Below, piece by piece: positions 24,056 to 35,035 of a stretch of 64,000 bases of DNA. The notes beneath the pieces are model-generated. The model did not search any database. It was not told the DNA's origin and worked only from the letters and a program-made list of their open reading frames with translations. Source of the stretch: Alphaproteobacteria bacterium (lineage in GTDB: Bacteria > Pseudomonadota > Alphaproteobacteria > RF32 > CAG-239). The stretch spans positions 28,290 through 92,289 of the forward strand of contig JAFTVD010000015.1 in NCBI GenBank assembly GCA_017465945.1. Reading direction: 5' to 3'. Within the stretch, counting starts at the first letter, position 1. Every line of letters begins with the position of its first letter. The position numbers and the translations under genes were made by a program.

Positions 24056-25522
24056 TTACATACAACCTTCATAATATTCTGGTTTCAATATATACAACTC
24101 TTCAGAATTATCAAAGGGCTTATAATAGATATTGATATAATTCATATCTGGAATATGAACAAACTTATCAATCCCTCTTTCCGCATAATATTTATCCTTA
24201 TACGGTTTAACATTAATAATCCTTGGCTTTTTAGTTTTAATCACATTATTAATATCCATTAATGGTGCAACCCCTACTTTATCACCAATCACATCTGTTT
24301 GTCCTAAAAGATTCCAATAATAATGCGGATCTTTTCCATAAATATTATAAATAGTGCCATCACCATTTAATACATAATCGCATTTATTTATAGAATGTAA
24401 AATCTTTCTATGAAGAGGTTGATAAAATCTTGTTTTTTTTACCCCAATATTTCCATAATAAATACTAGGTTTATACATAACAAAAAATAAAGCACCGCAC
24501 AAAATATAAATCAAAAAATACCACCTCTTAAACACTACATCTGCTAAAAATTTAGCTCCAAGCATTGCTCCAATATAAATCAATAAGCAATAATAATACG
24601 CAAATGCAGAAAAATAAAAAAATCTCTGAACGGCTTCAATCACAAAAATAATCGCCAAAATATTAAAATAAATATTCTTTTCTCTAACAAACCAAACAAT
24701 CGATAAAAAACTACACACCAATATCACCCTAAACTCTGGCCAAACCATACCGATTCGTCGTCCATCAAAAAGCTCAGGAATCAACAAATTAAATGTAAAG
24801 TTAGATTGATACCAAATATATACAATACCATGATAACACAAATATAACACAAAAATCAACGTCAATACCAAAGGCACAACCAAAGCCTTAATCACATCAT
24901 CAAAAAATATAACCTTCTTATAACATAAATAAAGCGAAATTATTCCCAAAACAACTAGCGTAAATACTATTTTTTGTAAAAACATAAATGAACACCAAAA
25001 TAGCACAAACGCAATCATCAAATCTTTTACGTTCTTTTTTTCTATATACGAAAAATAATGATACAAACCTGCAAAAAAAGCCAAAAACATAAAATTATCA
25101 GGCCTAAAATGGTCAATCGATAGCACAACATACGGAGTTAAACTACAAGCTCCCGCAATTAGTCCCGCAAGTTTAGTTGATAAAAAACACTTAACAATTA
25201 AATAAAGATAAAAATATGTAATAAACGAAGCTAAAATTGCCATACTTATTACAAATGCGGTAATAAAACCATCACTAATACCATAATCAAACGCCCCAAG
25301 CACAGGTGCAAATAAAAACCACAATAACGGATTATGGTGCTGAAAAAAATCTTTATAAGGAACACTTCCATTATATACCAAATAAGACGAATGCATATGC
25401 TCTAATGTATCACCACCAAGCGTTGTCGTAAAACAAGATATATACAAACAAAACCCAAGCCCCAATGCTAAATGTAATAACAACAACCACCAAGGCATAT
25501 TTTGATATATTTTTTTAAGCAT
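24056..25522 (-). CDS. Polytopic membrane protein, probably GT-C-fold glycosyltransferase-like. Paralogue of 6431..7945.
   Basis: 488 aa. It shares HSSYLVYNGSVPYKDFFQHHNPLLW, FRPDN and the C-terminal CDYVLNGDGTIYNIYGKDPHYYWNLLGQTDV with the paralogue. Confidence 0.5.
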   Translation of the reverse strand: MLKKIYQNMPWWLLLLHLALGLGFCLYISCFTTTLGGDTLEHMHSSYLVYNGSVPYKDFFQHHNPLLWFLFAPVLGAFDYGISDGFITAFVISMAILASFITYFYLYLIVKCFLSTKLAGLIAGACSLTPYVVLSIDHFRPDNFMFLAFFAGLYHYFSYIEKKNVKDLMIAFVLFWCSFMFLQKIVFTLVVLGIISLYLCYKKVIFFDDVIKALVVPLVLTLIFVLYLCYHGIVYIWYQSNFTFNLLIPELFDGRRIGMVWPEFRVILVCSFLSIVWFVREKNIYFNILAIIFVIEAVQRFFYFSAFAYYYCLLIYIGAMLGAKFLADVVFKRWYFLIYILCGALFFVMYKPSIYYGNIGVKKTRFYQPLHRKILHSINKCDYVLNGDGTIYNIYGKDPHYYWNLLGQTDVIGDKVGVAPLMDINNVIKTKKPRIINVKPYKDKYYAERGIDKFVHIPDMNYINIYYKPFDNSEELYILKPEYYEGCM

Positions 25523-25537
25523 TCCTCCCCCTTTTAT

Positions 25538-26593
25538 TTACATTATTGCAATCACAGGTTGTCTAAACACGTTTTCCATAAATGAAAGCAAAATATAACT
25601 CAAAATAAACGCCATCAATGGAGATGTAACCCAACCACAAACAAGTTTGCCAACTAAACTCCACCTAATTTCTTTACCACCTTTTGCCAAACCAATACCC
25701 ACAATAGCTCCAATCACAGCTTGTGTACTAGAAACAGGAACAGCAGGCAACGGCGGTAAGCCAATCGAAATAAGAAAACTCTCTAAACCCTCAGATGAAA
25801 ACAAAATTAACACTAAAGATTGAGATAAAATAACAATCCATGCCACCACTGGAGAAAAAGTAAGAACCCCTTTACCCACAGTTGATATCACTTTTTTAGA
25901 ATAAGTAAACACACCAACACTAACCGCAATCGCACCTATCAAAAATAAAACTTGAATACCACTTAGGTTAATAACACCACCAAAACTTGCATCACTAAAA
26001 GCACAAGAGCCAACAAACACACCAACCACATCAGCCATATTGTTTGCACCCAATGCAAACCCACCTAAAGCCGTTGTCAAAATCATCCCTTGTCTAACAA
26101 TAAAGTCTTGCCACAAAATATGCAATTTAGAACAATGCAAAATTTTCTTAACGAGCAAATACAAACTAACCGCAATCAAACCAGATACAACAGGACACAT
26201 TACCCAGCAAGATAAAATATTTATCAACGTTTGACTATCTGTTTCCTGATGATTATACACGTTCCAACCAATAATAGCCCCAACGATTGTTTGCGAAATA
26301 GAAACACTAATCCCTGATTTTAACATAACTCTAACCGCTAACGCCGCAGCCAAAGATACTGCAAACCCTGCAGGTAAAGTATTTACTCCACCTAAAGCAT
26401 TAAGTGTTTCTGTGGTATTTTGTCCGCTAATAACTGCACCAAGTACGATAAACACTGATGCAATAATCGCCGCAGTTGTAAACTTGAGCATTTTAGTACC
26501 AACAGCAGTGCCAAAAATATTCGCCGAATCATTAGCTCCTAATGACCATCCCAAAAATAACCCACTAGATAAAAACAACAAATATTCAAACAT
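25538..26593 (-). CDS. Inorganic phosphate transporter, PiT family
   Basis: GANDSANIFGTAVG near the N-terminus and GANNMADVVG in the second half are the duplicated PHO4 signatures. Confidence 0.8.
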   Translation of the reverse strand: MFEYLLFLSSGLFLGWSLGANDSANIFGTAVGTKMLKFTTAAIIASVFIVLGAVISGQNTTETLNALGGVNTLPAGFAVSLAAALAVRVMLKSGISVSISQTIVGAIIGWNVYNHQETDSQTLINILSCWVMCPVVSGLIAVSLYLLVKKILHCSKLHILWQDFIVRQGMILTTALGGFALGANNMADVVGVFVGSCAFSDASFGGVINLSGIQVLFLIGAIAVSVGVFTYSKKVISTVGKGVLTFSPVVAWIVILSQSLVLILFSSEGLESFLISIGLPPLPAVPVSSTQAVIGAIVGIGLAKGGKEIRWSLVGKLVCGWVTSPLMAFILSYILLSFMENVFRQPVIAIM

Positions 26594-26596
26594 CGA

Positions 26597-27256
26597 CTAT
26601 ATTTCCCGTTTAATTGCAAAAATAAGCAATGCGTCAATACAATCTTCAGCCAAATCCGCAATATCAGCTACTTCATGCACAAATACATTTAATTGATTTT
26701 TACGCGCCAACTCCAAATCAGAATCAAAAATAGCTTTTCTCAATTTTGCCGAAGTTTTATCAGATTGTTTTTCTAACAAATATACTTTTTGAGAGTAATC
26801 TCTTAATGTTGGTAAATCTCTAAAAAATGCTCTAGATGCAATAGCCATATTTTCAGCACAATCGCTAACTTGCTTAACCAATGTTTTAAGCTGTTCATGA
26901 TAAACTTCAGGCACATCTGGTTGTTCAATATAAAACTTATGAGCCACTTCATCAAAAAGATTAACTACTCTATCCAAATTTTCCACCAACTGTAAAATAT
27001 TACCTCTCAAATCTGGAATAAGATTCTGTTCATAAAGTCTGCTCTCAATATCACGTCTTAACACATCAGAATCATGTTCAATAGTTTTAATTTTTTTACT
27101 AGTTTTACGATAATTATCACTTCTTTTTTCTTTAAGGTAAATATCAACAGCCTCTCTAAACTCAACAGTCATCTCAATAATTTTATCATGAAGCCTATCT
27201 ATTGTATGCTCTAAATCTCTAGTTCTTGCAAATAAAGAAATTTTTACATTAAACAT
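26597..27256 (-). CDS. DUF47/PhoU-like phosphate-transport regulator partner of PiT
   Basis: 219-aa helical protein lying 3 nt upstream of the PiT gene. This is the usual DUF47-PiT pairing. Confidence 0.65.
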   Translation of the reverse strand: MFNVKISLFARTRDLEHTIDRLHDKIIEMTVEFREAVDIYLKEKRSDNYRKTSKKIKTIEHDSDVLRRDIESRLYEQNLIPDLRGNILQLVENLDRVVNLFDEVAHKFYIEQPDVPEVYHEQLKTLVKQVSDCAENMAIASRAFFRDLPTLRDYSQKVYLLEKQSDKTSAKLRKAIFDSDLELARKNQLNVFVHEVADIADLAEDCIDALLIFAIKREI

Positions 27257-27500
27257 TTATATCTACCCTCTAAAAACATGAATTACATTACTCTTTCCTC
27301 TACAACTCTTCCCACAATAAAGCAAGCTTTATTTTTCCCTTTGCCCCAAGATAAAGGTTCTCAATAATTAAACATATTTTTACACTTTCTAAAGTATAAC
27401 TACCATATTAGCATAATTTGTAATAAATACTCTTGATTTTTAAGACATTTAGTGCAAATTATACTTAAAATTTTTAACCAAATATACAAAGGAAAATAAA

Positions 27501-28508
27501 ATGCAAAAAATAGCAATCATTGGTGTAAAAGAAAACATAGGTTATGAACTACTAAACTTATTAAGTGAAAATGGCTTTAGTGTAAATGATATCATAGCCG
27601 TAGAACCCAAAGTTCCACTTGGTACAATAGCCTCCTATGGAGAAGATGATGAACTAGATGTTTTCCCACTTGAAAGTTTTGATTTTAAAAAAGCTGACAT
27701 TGCTATTTTTTGTTGCACAAAAGAAATTGGTAAAAAATACTTAAAATCAGCCACTACTTCTAACTGTAAAGTAATTGATTTAAGCTCAGCATCATTTACA
27801 ATGTCTGATGTTCCATCAATCATTCCAGAACTAAATGGCGATTTAGTAACCAATGATACAAACATCATTGCTATTCCATCATCTTGCGTTTACCAAATTT
27901 TATTACCATTAGCAACAACCATAAAAAACAATCCATTAACACGTTTGGTTGTAAATGCTTACATCTCAACTTCACATTATGGAAGACCGGCAATGGATGA
28001 ATTATTTAGCCAATCAAGAAAAATCTTCTTAAATGAAAGCCTTGCTGATAATGAACAAGTTTTCAAAAAACAAATCGCTTTCAACATCTTACCACAAGTT
28101 GGTGATTTCATAGGTGAAGAAACAGAACTCGAATGGCAATTAAATGCCGAAATCAAAAAAGTACTAAACTCATCAATTAAAGTACATGCCAATGCAGCTT
28201 TTGTTCCAACATTTATCGGTGATGGCATTTTTGTAAATGCAGAATTTCAAAACGAAATTGATGCAACCAATGTCAGAGAAGATATGAAAACAACATCAAA
28301 TGTTGTTGTTTTTGATAAAAATGTAGACGGTGGCTACGTAAGTGTTGATGATATTCAAGGAGAAGACAGCATTTACGTATCTCGCATCCGCCAAGATGTA
28401 TCTGTTGAAAATGGTATAAGTTTTTGGTCTGTGGCTGATAACTTAAGAGCAGGATCAGCAAAATTATGTTTTGATGTTTTACTAAAATACTTCATCAAAC
28501 GTTCTTAA
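27501..28508 (+). CDS. Aspartate-semialdehyde dehydrogenase-like protein (divergent; see findings)
   Basis: 335 aa, colinear with short-type Asd (IIAIPSSC.., AMDELFSQ, IAFNILPQ, YVSRIRQD, WSVADNLRAGSA). Several catalytic or cofactor motifs are not conserved. Confidence 0.6.
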   Translation: MQKIAIIGVKENIGYELLNLLSENGFSVNDIIAVEPKVPLGTIASYGEDDELDVFPLESFDFKKADIAIFCCTKEIGKKYLKSATTSNCKVIDLSSASFTMSDVPSIIPELNGDLVTNDTNIIAIPSSCVYQILLPLATTIKNNPLTRLVVNAYISTSHYGRPAMDELFSQSRKIFLNESLADNEQVFKKQIAFNILPQVGDFIGEETELEWQLNAEIKKVLNSSIKVHANAAFVPTFIGDGIFVNAEFQNEIDATNVREDMKTTSNVVVFDKNVDGGYVSVDDIQGEDSIYVSRIRQDVSVENGISFWSVADNLRAGSAKLCFDVLLKYFIKRS

Positions 28509-28544
28509 AACATACATTCATTAATTTTTTGAAAGATAATCATT

Positions 28545-30998
28545 ATGAAAAAATTGTTTATATTTACACTTCTTGCAAATTTAATGATGTTCTCCCTTTG
28601 TATGGCTGAACAAAATATAGAAAGCCAAACAGCTTTAACAGAAAATGAAGAAATTATAAAAGAAGATATCACACCTTCTGCCCCTGACTTTGAATATAAA
28701 CAATTATCCGAAGAATTTCAAAAGATTGAAGAAAACATAAAAAACAACAATCTAACCAAACAGCATTTAGACGACTCTCAAGCATTCTTAAACGAAAAAG
28801 AAATATTACTAAACACAGTAATCAAAAACATCGAAAAAAATTCTAAATATACTCAAGATTCTCTAAATGCTTTAGGAGAAGCTCCTCAAGAAGGTGAAAC
28901 AGAAGATATATCAATCACACAAATGCGTGAAAAATATACTCTATCAATGACCGCCTACAAAAATAAACTTATTGAAGCCAATTTATTAAAAACAGAAATA
29001 GCACGTCTAACATCTATAATATCAGAAGCTCGTTCAAACATCATAATTGGAAATCTAGTTGCCGAGCAAAACACCATCATTAGCAAAAAAAATTTTTTCA
29101 GTTCTTTTTCAGATGCCGCCCTTTTCTTCTGGCAAATAGCAATATCCCCAATTCAATGGTACCAAGGTCTAAATGATATAGAGCGCAATCACATAATAGG
29201 CAATTCATGGTATGTACTATTAATTTTTGTTATAGTCTTATCTATTGGTCTATTTTTAAGAAGCTATATCATTCGTCGTTTTGGTTATCGCCATACAGAT
29301 GAAACACCACGTTATGGGCAAAAAATAGTTGTAGCGATAATCACAGCTATTGCATATGGCGTAATCCCTTCTTTATTAATTGGCGGACTTCTTTTATGGC
29401 AAATAACCAACCAAACATTAACAAACAGCAATTTTGGTGTAGTGCTAGCCAATATCTTATATTACGCACTATACATCATTTTACTTCGTGCACTAACCAG
29501 AGTAATTCTAGCCCCATGGAATGGTAAGTGGCGCTTATTTAATATTACCGACCTAAAAGCAGAACGCATATTTAGAGCAACAACATTAAGTATAATTCTA
29601 CTTGGAACAATCAGTTGCATCATAAACATTTCATCATACTTTGAAATTTCTAATGAATTAAAACTACTCTTAGAAGTATCATCTGATGCCATCAAAGCTT
29701 TTGTGATAATACTATTAACTTCCCGCATCTTTGAAGAACAAAAAAGCAAAAACAATGAAGAACCTTCTTCTTCTGATACCAATGAAACAACTGAAGAAAC
29801 AGAAGAAACAAGTCCATCATTTAAGATTATCTTATTTACTTCTTTATTTGCAATATCAACCTTTACAATATCACTAATTGGTTATCCAGGGCTTGCAACA
29901 TTTATCTTCAATCGTTTCATATTATCCATACTATTACTTGGAGCTTTCATTATCATCAGAATGCTCATTTCTGACTTACTTCGAAGAAGTATCATTTTTT
30001 GGATATCAACATTCAAACTCCGCAAAAAACTCTTATCTAAAGCAGATTTTGCAATGTCTCTTTTAGTAACACCAGTGCTTGTAATGTTTTTCATCTATAC
30101 ATTATTACGATTATGGGGTGTTCCAGGAACTTTTATGCTTCATGGTATCAAAAAATTAATCTTTGGTTTCAAAGTTGGTGGCATAGAAATTTCTCTTATT
30201 GCACTAATCACTGGTTTGGTAGTATTTTTAGTATCACTCACACTCGTTAAAATACTAAAAAATCGCCTTTCAAACAACCTCTTAAACCGTATAAATATGG
30301 ATGAAGGCATTAAGCATTCCCTAGTATCAGGTACAAGCTTTATTGGAATAATAATTTCTGTAATACTTGCCATTGTTGCCATGGGTGTAGACCTTTCAAA
30401 CCTAGCAGTTATCGCCGGTGCACTATCTGTTGGTATCGGTTTTGGTTTACAAGACATAATCAAAAACCTAGTATCTGGTATCATCATTTTATTTGAACGT
30501 CCATTTAAGGTTGGAGATTGGGTAATCATCAACGGCGAAGAGGGAAAAATCAAACAAATTAACATCCGTTCAACAGAATTAGAAACATGGACAAGACAGA
30601 GCGTAATCATACCAAATGCAACTCTTATATCAAGCTCACTAACCAACCTCACACACGAAAATAATTGGCAACGTCAAACAATTAAAGTTGGTGTATCATA
30701 TGACGCAGATGCTGATATAGTAACAAAACTTCTTTTAGAATGCGTAAAATCTTGCAAAAAAGTCGCTAAAACTCCTGCTCCATACGTAATATTCAAAGAC
30801 TTTGGTTCATCAGCACTTGACTTTGAAGTAAGATACTACATTTCAGACATATGGTCAGGTTGGTCTGCAAATAGTGATATCAGATATGAAATATTACGTC
30901 GTTTCAGAGAAGAAAACATCAATATTGCATACCCACAAATTGTTGTACACCAAGGTAGCCAAGATACATCTATCAAAGGATGGCAAACAAACGTATAA
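28545..30998 (+). CDS. Mechanosensitive channel, MscS family (large MscK/KefA-like form)
   Basis: 817 aa with a signal peptide, a coiled periplasmic region and multiple TM helices. The MscS core is GFGLQDIIKNLVSGIIILFERPFKVGDWV. Confidence 0.85.
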   Translation: MKKLFIFTLLANLMMFSLCMAEQNIESQTALTENEEIIKEDITPSAPDFEYKQLSEEFQKIEENIKNNNLTKQHLDDSQAFLNEKEILLNTVIKNIEKNSKYTQDSLNALGEAPQEGETEDISITQMREKYTLSMTAYKNKLIEANLLKTEIARLTSIISEARSNIIIGNLVAEQNTIISKKNFFSSFSDAALFFWQIAISPIQWYQGLNDIERNHIIGNSWYVLLIFVIVLSIGLFLRSYIIRRFGYRHTDETPRYGQKIVVAIITAIAYGVIPSLLIGGLLLWQITNQTLTNSNFGVVLANILYYALYIILLRALTRVILAPWNGKWRLFNITDLKAERIFRATTLSIILLGTISCIINISSYFEISNELKLLLEVSSDAIKAFVIILLTSRIFEEQKSKNNEEPSSSDTNETTEETEETSPSFKIILFTSLFAISTFTISLIGYPGLATFIFNRFILSILLLGAFIIIRMLISDLLRRSIIFWISTFKLRKKLLSKADFAMSLLVTPVLVMFFIYTLLRLWGVPGTFMLHGIKKLIFGFKVGGIEISLIALITGLVVFLVSLTLVKILKNRLSNNLLNRINMDEGIKHSLVSGTSFIGIIISVILAIVAMGVDLSNLAVIAGALSVGIGFGLQDIIKNLVSGIIILFERPFKVGDWVIINGEEGKIKQINIRSTELETWTRQSVIIPNATLISSSLTNLTHENNWQRQTIKVGVSYDADADIVTKLLLECVKSCKKVAKTPAPYVIFKDFGSSALDFEVRYYISDIWSGWSANSDIRYEILRRFREENINIAYPQIVVHQGSQDTSIKGWQTNV

Positions 30999-31009
30999 GG
31001 AATTTAACT

Positions 31010-31375
31010 ATGTTTATATTATTAACTATCGCTATTTTTATTCTAAAATTTTTAGCTGTAGGAGTTGTTGGTCTATTTTTCCTCGAAGATTTAGAGCTAA
31101 CAAGTTCGGCCAATACAGCCATATATACCATCTATTTAGTACTAGGATGTATTTGTTTCTTCTCACTATTATTTTTCGCTCTTGGAAAAAAACTTATGTG
31201 GTTAATAGTATGTTGTGTAACTGGTTTTCTTTATTTAGGTATGTATAACTCTGCTCCATCAATCGCAGAAATTCATCAAAAACACAACCTAAAAAGTCGC
31301 TATTTTAAAGACTCTACAACATTTATCAATCGCATGGGGGATGTTATAAAAATCATACAAAAGCAAAAAAGCTAA
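31010..31375 (+). CDS. Small membrane protein (hypothetical)
   Basis: Three hydrophobic segments. The ATG at 31010 follows AAGGA. Confidence 0.5.
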   Translation: MFILLTIAIFILKFLAVGVVGLFFLEDLELTSSANTAIYTIYLVLGCICFFSLLFFALGKKLMWLIVCCVTGFLYLGMYNSAPSIAEIHQKHNLKSRYFKDSTTFINRMGDVIKIIQKQKS

Positions 31376-31377
31376 TC

Positions 31378-33240
31378 TTACCTATGGAACAATTTTTCCA
31401 AATCATCTAACCCTAATTTAACATAGGTTGGACGTCCGTGGTTACATTGTGCAATATGAGCAGTTTTCTCCATCTCTCTTAAAAGATGATTCATCTCAAC
31501 CAAATTAAGCCTACGACCAGCCCTAACAGAACCATGACAAGCCATTGTTGCCGCAATGTGATTAATTTTGTCTTCCACAACCACGCTTGCCCCCCATTCC
31601 GCCATTTCATCTGCAATATCAGTTATCATTTTTTGCAAATTTGCATCCTTAATCAATGCAGGAACTTCCTTAACCAAAACACCTTGCCCAAACTCTTCTA
31701 ATACCAAACCAAGTTTAGCCAAACTATCAAACTCACCAAGTAATGCTCCTTTTTGGGTTAAAGATAAATCCACCACTTCTGGCAACAACATCATCTGTGA
31801 AGGAAGCTTATTACCATTGTTCATTGCCTCTTTTAAGCGCTCTAATACGATTCTCTCATGTGCCGCATGCTGGTCTACCAAAATAAGACAATCATCAGCT
31901 TGAGCTAAAATATAAGTATCATGAAACTGAGCTTTAGCAACTCCCATAGGACCAATATCATTTTCATCTATACAAACATTTTCTTCCGTTTTAACCGAAA
32001 ATTTATGCTCAAGTTCTGGCAACATAGAGCTACTTTTAGCAAAAGTTTTTCCGCCCCCTATTCTTGATTGAAAATTATAACTAAAATCTTCTCTATTTTC
32101 TCTAATTTGTTGTCCTAAATCCCTCTCTATCATATTAAAAGAAACATTATTATTTACCTCATCATTTTCTCTTAACATTCCAGCAACATTACTTTCAACC
32201 CTTGCCAAAAAATCAACTGATGCAACACCTGAGCTTCTTTTATCTTCTCTTAACAGTGCTTGCCTAACAGCACCCACAATTAAAGACCTAACCCCTTGTT
32301 GGTCAAAAAATCTAACTTCAGCTTTAGTTGGGTGAACATTTACATCTACATACCTTGCATCAACTTCTAAAAACAAAACGCACATCGGATAACGAGAATT
32401 TTCTAAAACCCCAGCATAAGCCCCTTTTAACGCCCCTAGTAGCAATTTATCTCTAACCGGCCTATTATTTACAAACAAATATTGCGATAAACTATTTGCC
32501 TTATTATAAGTTGGCAAACTAACAAGTCCGGTAAGTTTTATACCATCTCTTTCACCATTAACCTCAATAGAATTTTCCGAAAATTCTTTTCCCATTACCT
32601 CCGATGCTCTAAACAACCTAGCATCAAACAACTCACCATTTGCACCATCTAAAGCAATTTTTTTCTTATCTTCAACATAAAGATAAAATGAAACATGAGG
32701 ATTTGCTAAAGCAATTCTACTAATAATATCCACACAAGCTCCCGCCTCTTGAGTATCAGCTTTCATAAACTTCAATCTTGCAGGTGTTGCATAAAATAAA
32801 TCTCTGACCTCAATCCTCGTACCTTTACGTTTACCACAAGGTTTTAAGCCTTCCCTACTTCCACCTTTAACCTCTAATTCCCAACCATCACTTTCACCCA
32901 CCTTACAGGTTGAAATCTTAACTTTGGCAACAGAAGCTATCGAGGCTAAAGCCTCACCTCTAAATCCTAAAAATTGAATATCAAACAAATCATCAGATGG
33001 TAATTTTGATGTTGCATGCCTTTCAACAGCCAAAAGCAAATCTTCTTTGTCCATCCCCTTACCATCATCTTCCACAACAATCAAACTTTTGCCACCTGCT
33101 TTAAGACTAACATCAATACGTTTAGCCCCCGCATCAATCGCATTTTCAACCAATTCCTTAATAACAGATGCCGGCCTCTCAATAACCTCACCTGCCGCAA
33201 TCTGGTTAACTAAATTTGATGGTAAAACTCTAATAGACAT
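31378..33240 (-). CDS. mutL: DNA mismatch repair protein MutL
   Basis: N-terminus NQIAAGEVIERPASVIKELVENAIDAG, DDGKGM and GFRGEAL, with the C-terminal dimerisation region. Confidence 0.9.
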   Translation of the reverse strand: MSIRVLPSNLVNQIAAGEVIERPASVIKELVENAIDAGAKRIDVSLKAGGKSLIVVEDDGKGMDKEDLLLAVERHATSKLPSDDLFDIQFLGFRGEALASIASVAKVKISTCKVGESDGWELEVKGGSREGLKPCGKRKGTRIEVRDLFYATPARLKFMKADTQEAGACVDIISRIALANPHVSFYLYVEDKKKIALDGANGELFDARLFRASEVMGKEFSENSIEVNGERDGIKLTGLVSLPTYNKANSLSQYLFVNNRPVRDKLLLGALKGAYAGVLENSRYPMCVLFLEVDARYVDVNVHPTKAEVRFFDQQGVRSLIVGAVRQALLREDKRSSGVASVDFLARVESNVAGMLRENDEVNNNVSFNMIERDLGQQIRENREDFSYNFQSRIGGGKTFAKSSSMLPELEHKFSVKTEENVCIDENDIGPMGVAKAQFHDTYILAQADDCLILVDQHAAHERIVLERLKEAMNNGNKLPSQMMLLPEVVDLSLTQKGALLGEFDSLAKLGLVLEEFGQGVLVKEVPALIKDANLQKMITDIADEMAEWGASVVVEDKINHIAATMACHGSVRAGRRLNLVEMNHLLREMEKTAHIAQCNHGRPTYVKLGLDDLEKLFHR

Positions 33241-33348
33241 TTCTTTTAATCCTATATTTTATAATTATAGGAAAATACTAGGGTTTTTAAACCAAAAAAA
33301 CAAAAAATAATACTAAATATCCCCAAACAAGTTAAAAGCTAATCACTA

Positions 33349-34134
33349 TTACCAACAAATTTCCATACCATCATATGCAGGTTCAATCCCTCTTGGACAA
33401 TGCGAATAAACTTCTGCATAATCACTTTCAACAGCCATATGATTTATAATCATACGTTTAGGCTCGATTCTTTCAGCATAACCTAACAAATCTTCTAAAC
33501 TAGCATGAAATCTTGTCCCTTTAGGAGTTGTCAATGGCATAATTAAAATCTCAGGTTTTACCTTTATTAATTTCAAACTTTCTTCTGGTATTTCTCTAAA
33601 GTCAGAAATATAAACCACTTCCCCATCATTAAAAATATATCCACTACACTCTACATTATGCCCCATAAGCCTAATCGGAGTAACTTTAAGAGACTTAAAA
33701 TAAAAACTCTCATTATATTCAAAAATATTCGGATGAAGTGCTGCTCTATAAACAGGATCAATCTTATCTTTATCATCAGCAATTAGATAACCAAACCTGC
33801 TTCTTATTTCCGCTAAATTTCCTTTTGACGCAAATAATTCTATCGCAGTTCCGCTAATACGATTAATTTCTCTTAAATCATCAATTCCATTCAAATGATC
33901 TGCATGTGTATGAGTATAAAACACAGCATCAATAGCCCTAATATTATTATTTAAAAGTTGTAGCCTTAAATCTGTTGATGTATCAATTAAAAACTTCACA
34001 TCACCAATTTCCATATATGTACCACTTCTAAGCCTAAAATTTTTAGGATTTTTAGGATCACAATTTCCAAATCCATAAGACAAAGAAGGAACACCAGGAG
34101 CAGCTCCACTACCTAAAATAACAACTCTAGACAC
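33349..34134 (-). CDS. MBL-fold metallo-hydrolase
   Basis: HTHADH motif (YTHTHADHLNGIDDL). 261 aa. Confidence 0.7.
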   Translation of the reverse strand: MSRVVILGSGAAPGVPSLSYGFGNCDPKNPKNFRLRSGTYMEIGDVKFLIDTSTDLRLQLLNNNIRAIDAVFYTHTHADHLNGIDDLREINRISGTAIELFASKGNLAEIRSRFGYLIADDKDKIDPVYRAALHPNIFEYNESFYFKSLKVTPIRLMGHNVECSGYIFNDGEVVYISDFREIPEESLKLIKVKPEILIMPLTTPKGTRFHASLEDLLGYAERIEPKRMIINHMAVESDYAEVYSHCPRGIEPAYDGMEICW

Positions 34135-34150
34135 TTTACATACCTTTCAA

Positions 34151-34912
34151 TTATCGTTTTGCTTTTTGATATAAATTATAAAAATTGTTCATAGTAATAT
34201 TAGAAACTTCCTTTAAACTAACACCCCAAACTTCAGCTAATTTTTCAGCCGTTTTAATAACATATTTAGGTTCATTAATCTTCCCCCTAAAAGGAACAGG
34301 TGCTAAATATGGACTATCTGTTTCAATTAACACCCTATCTTTAGGAGCTCCTTTAAATACCTCTAATATATCACTTCCACTCTTAAAAGTAATAATGCCA
34401 GATGCCGATATATAAAACCCTAAATCTAATACTTCTTTAGCAAACTCAAATGTTGATGTAAAACAATGAATCACCCCTTTTAAGTTAGGATATTTTTTCA
34501 ATCCTTCTTTTAACATACTAACCATATCGTTTTCAGCTTCTCTATGGTGAATCATTATCGGCAGTCCTGTTTTACCACTCGCTTCAATATGTCTTAAAAA
34601 CATCTCCCTTTGCTCATCCTTAAAATCACTACCATAGTGATAATCAAGCCCACATTCACCAATAGCAACAACATTATCATCTAAACTAGCTTTAATAATA
34701 TCATCTACCTTAATTTTATCTAATTTATCTAAAACATTATCCGGATGAATTCCAACAGATGTCCATACATTTTTATATTTTTTAGCCATCTCTAAAGCTA
34801 TATCATTTTCATCTAAATCATTTCCTGCATTAAGCAATACCCTAACACCAGCATCAAATGCTCTTTTTAATACTTCTTCATCTTCAATATGACAATGGCT
34901 GTCAACAAACAT
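34151..34912 (-). CDS. tatD: TatD-family hydrolase
   Basis: MFVDSHCH.., GECGLDYHY, HCF, ETDSPYL. Confidence 0.85.
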   Translation of the reverse strand: MFVDSHCHIEDEEVLKRAFDAGVRVLLNAGNDLDENDIALEMAKKYKNVWTSVGIHPDNVLDKLDKIKVDDIIKASLDDNVVAIGECGLDYHYGSDFKDEQREMFLRHIEASGKTGLPIMIHHREAENDMVSMLKEGLKKYPNLKGVIHCFTSTFEFAKEVLDLGFYISASGIITFKSGSDILEVFKGAPKDRVLIETDSPYLAPVPFRGKINEPKYVIKTAEKLAEVWGVSLKEVSNITMNNFYNLYQKAKR

Positions 34913-34996
34913 CTTTTATCTTTTCCTTCTCTATCAAACCCTATAATTGTAACAATCTAACAGTTTAAATATTATTAAAATCAAACATAAAAAAAA

Positions 34997-35020
34997 GCAT
35001 CCCCAAATAAGGGAAATGCT
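34997..35020 (-). terminator. Rho-independent terminator (T-runs on both sides)
   Basis: AGCATCCCC-AAATAA-GGGAAATGCT, flanked by A8 and T6. Confidence 0.7.
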
Positions 35021-35035
35021 TTTTTTAATTACTGT

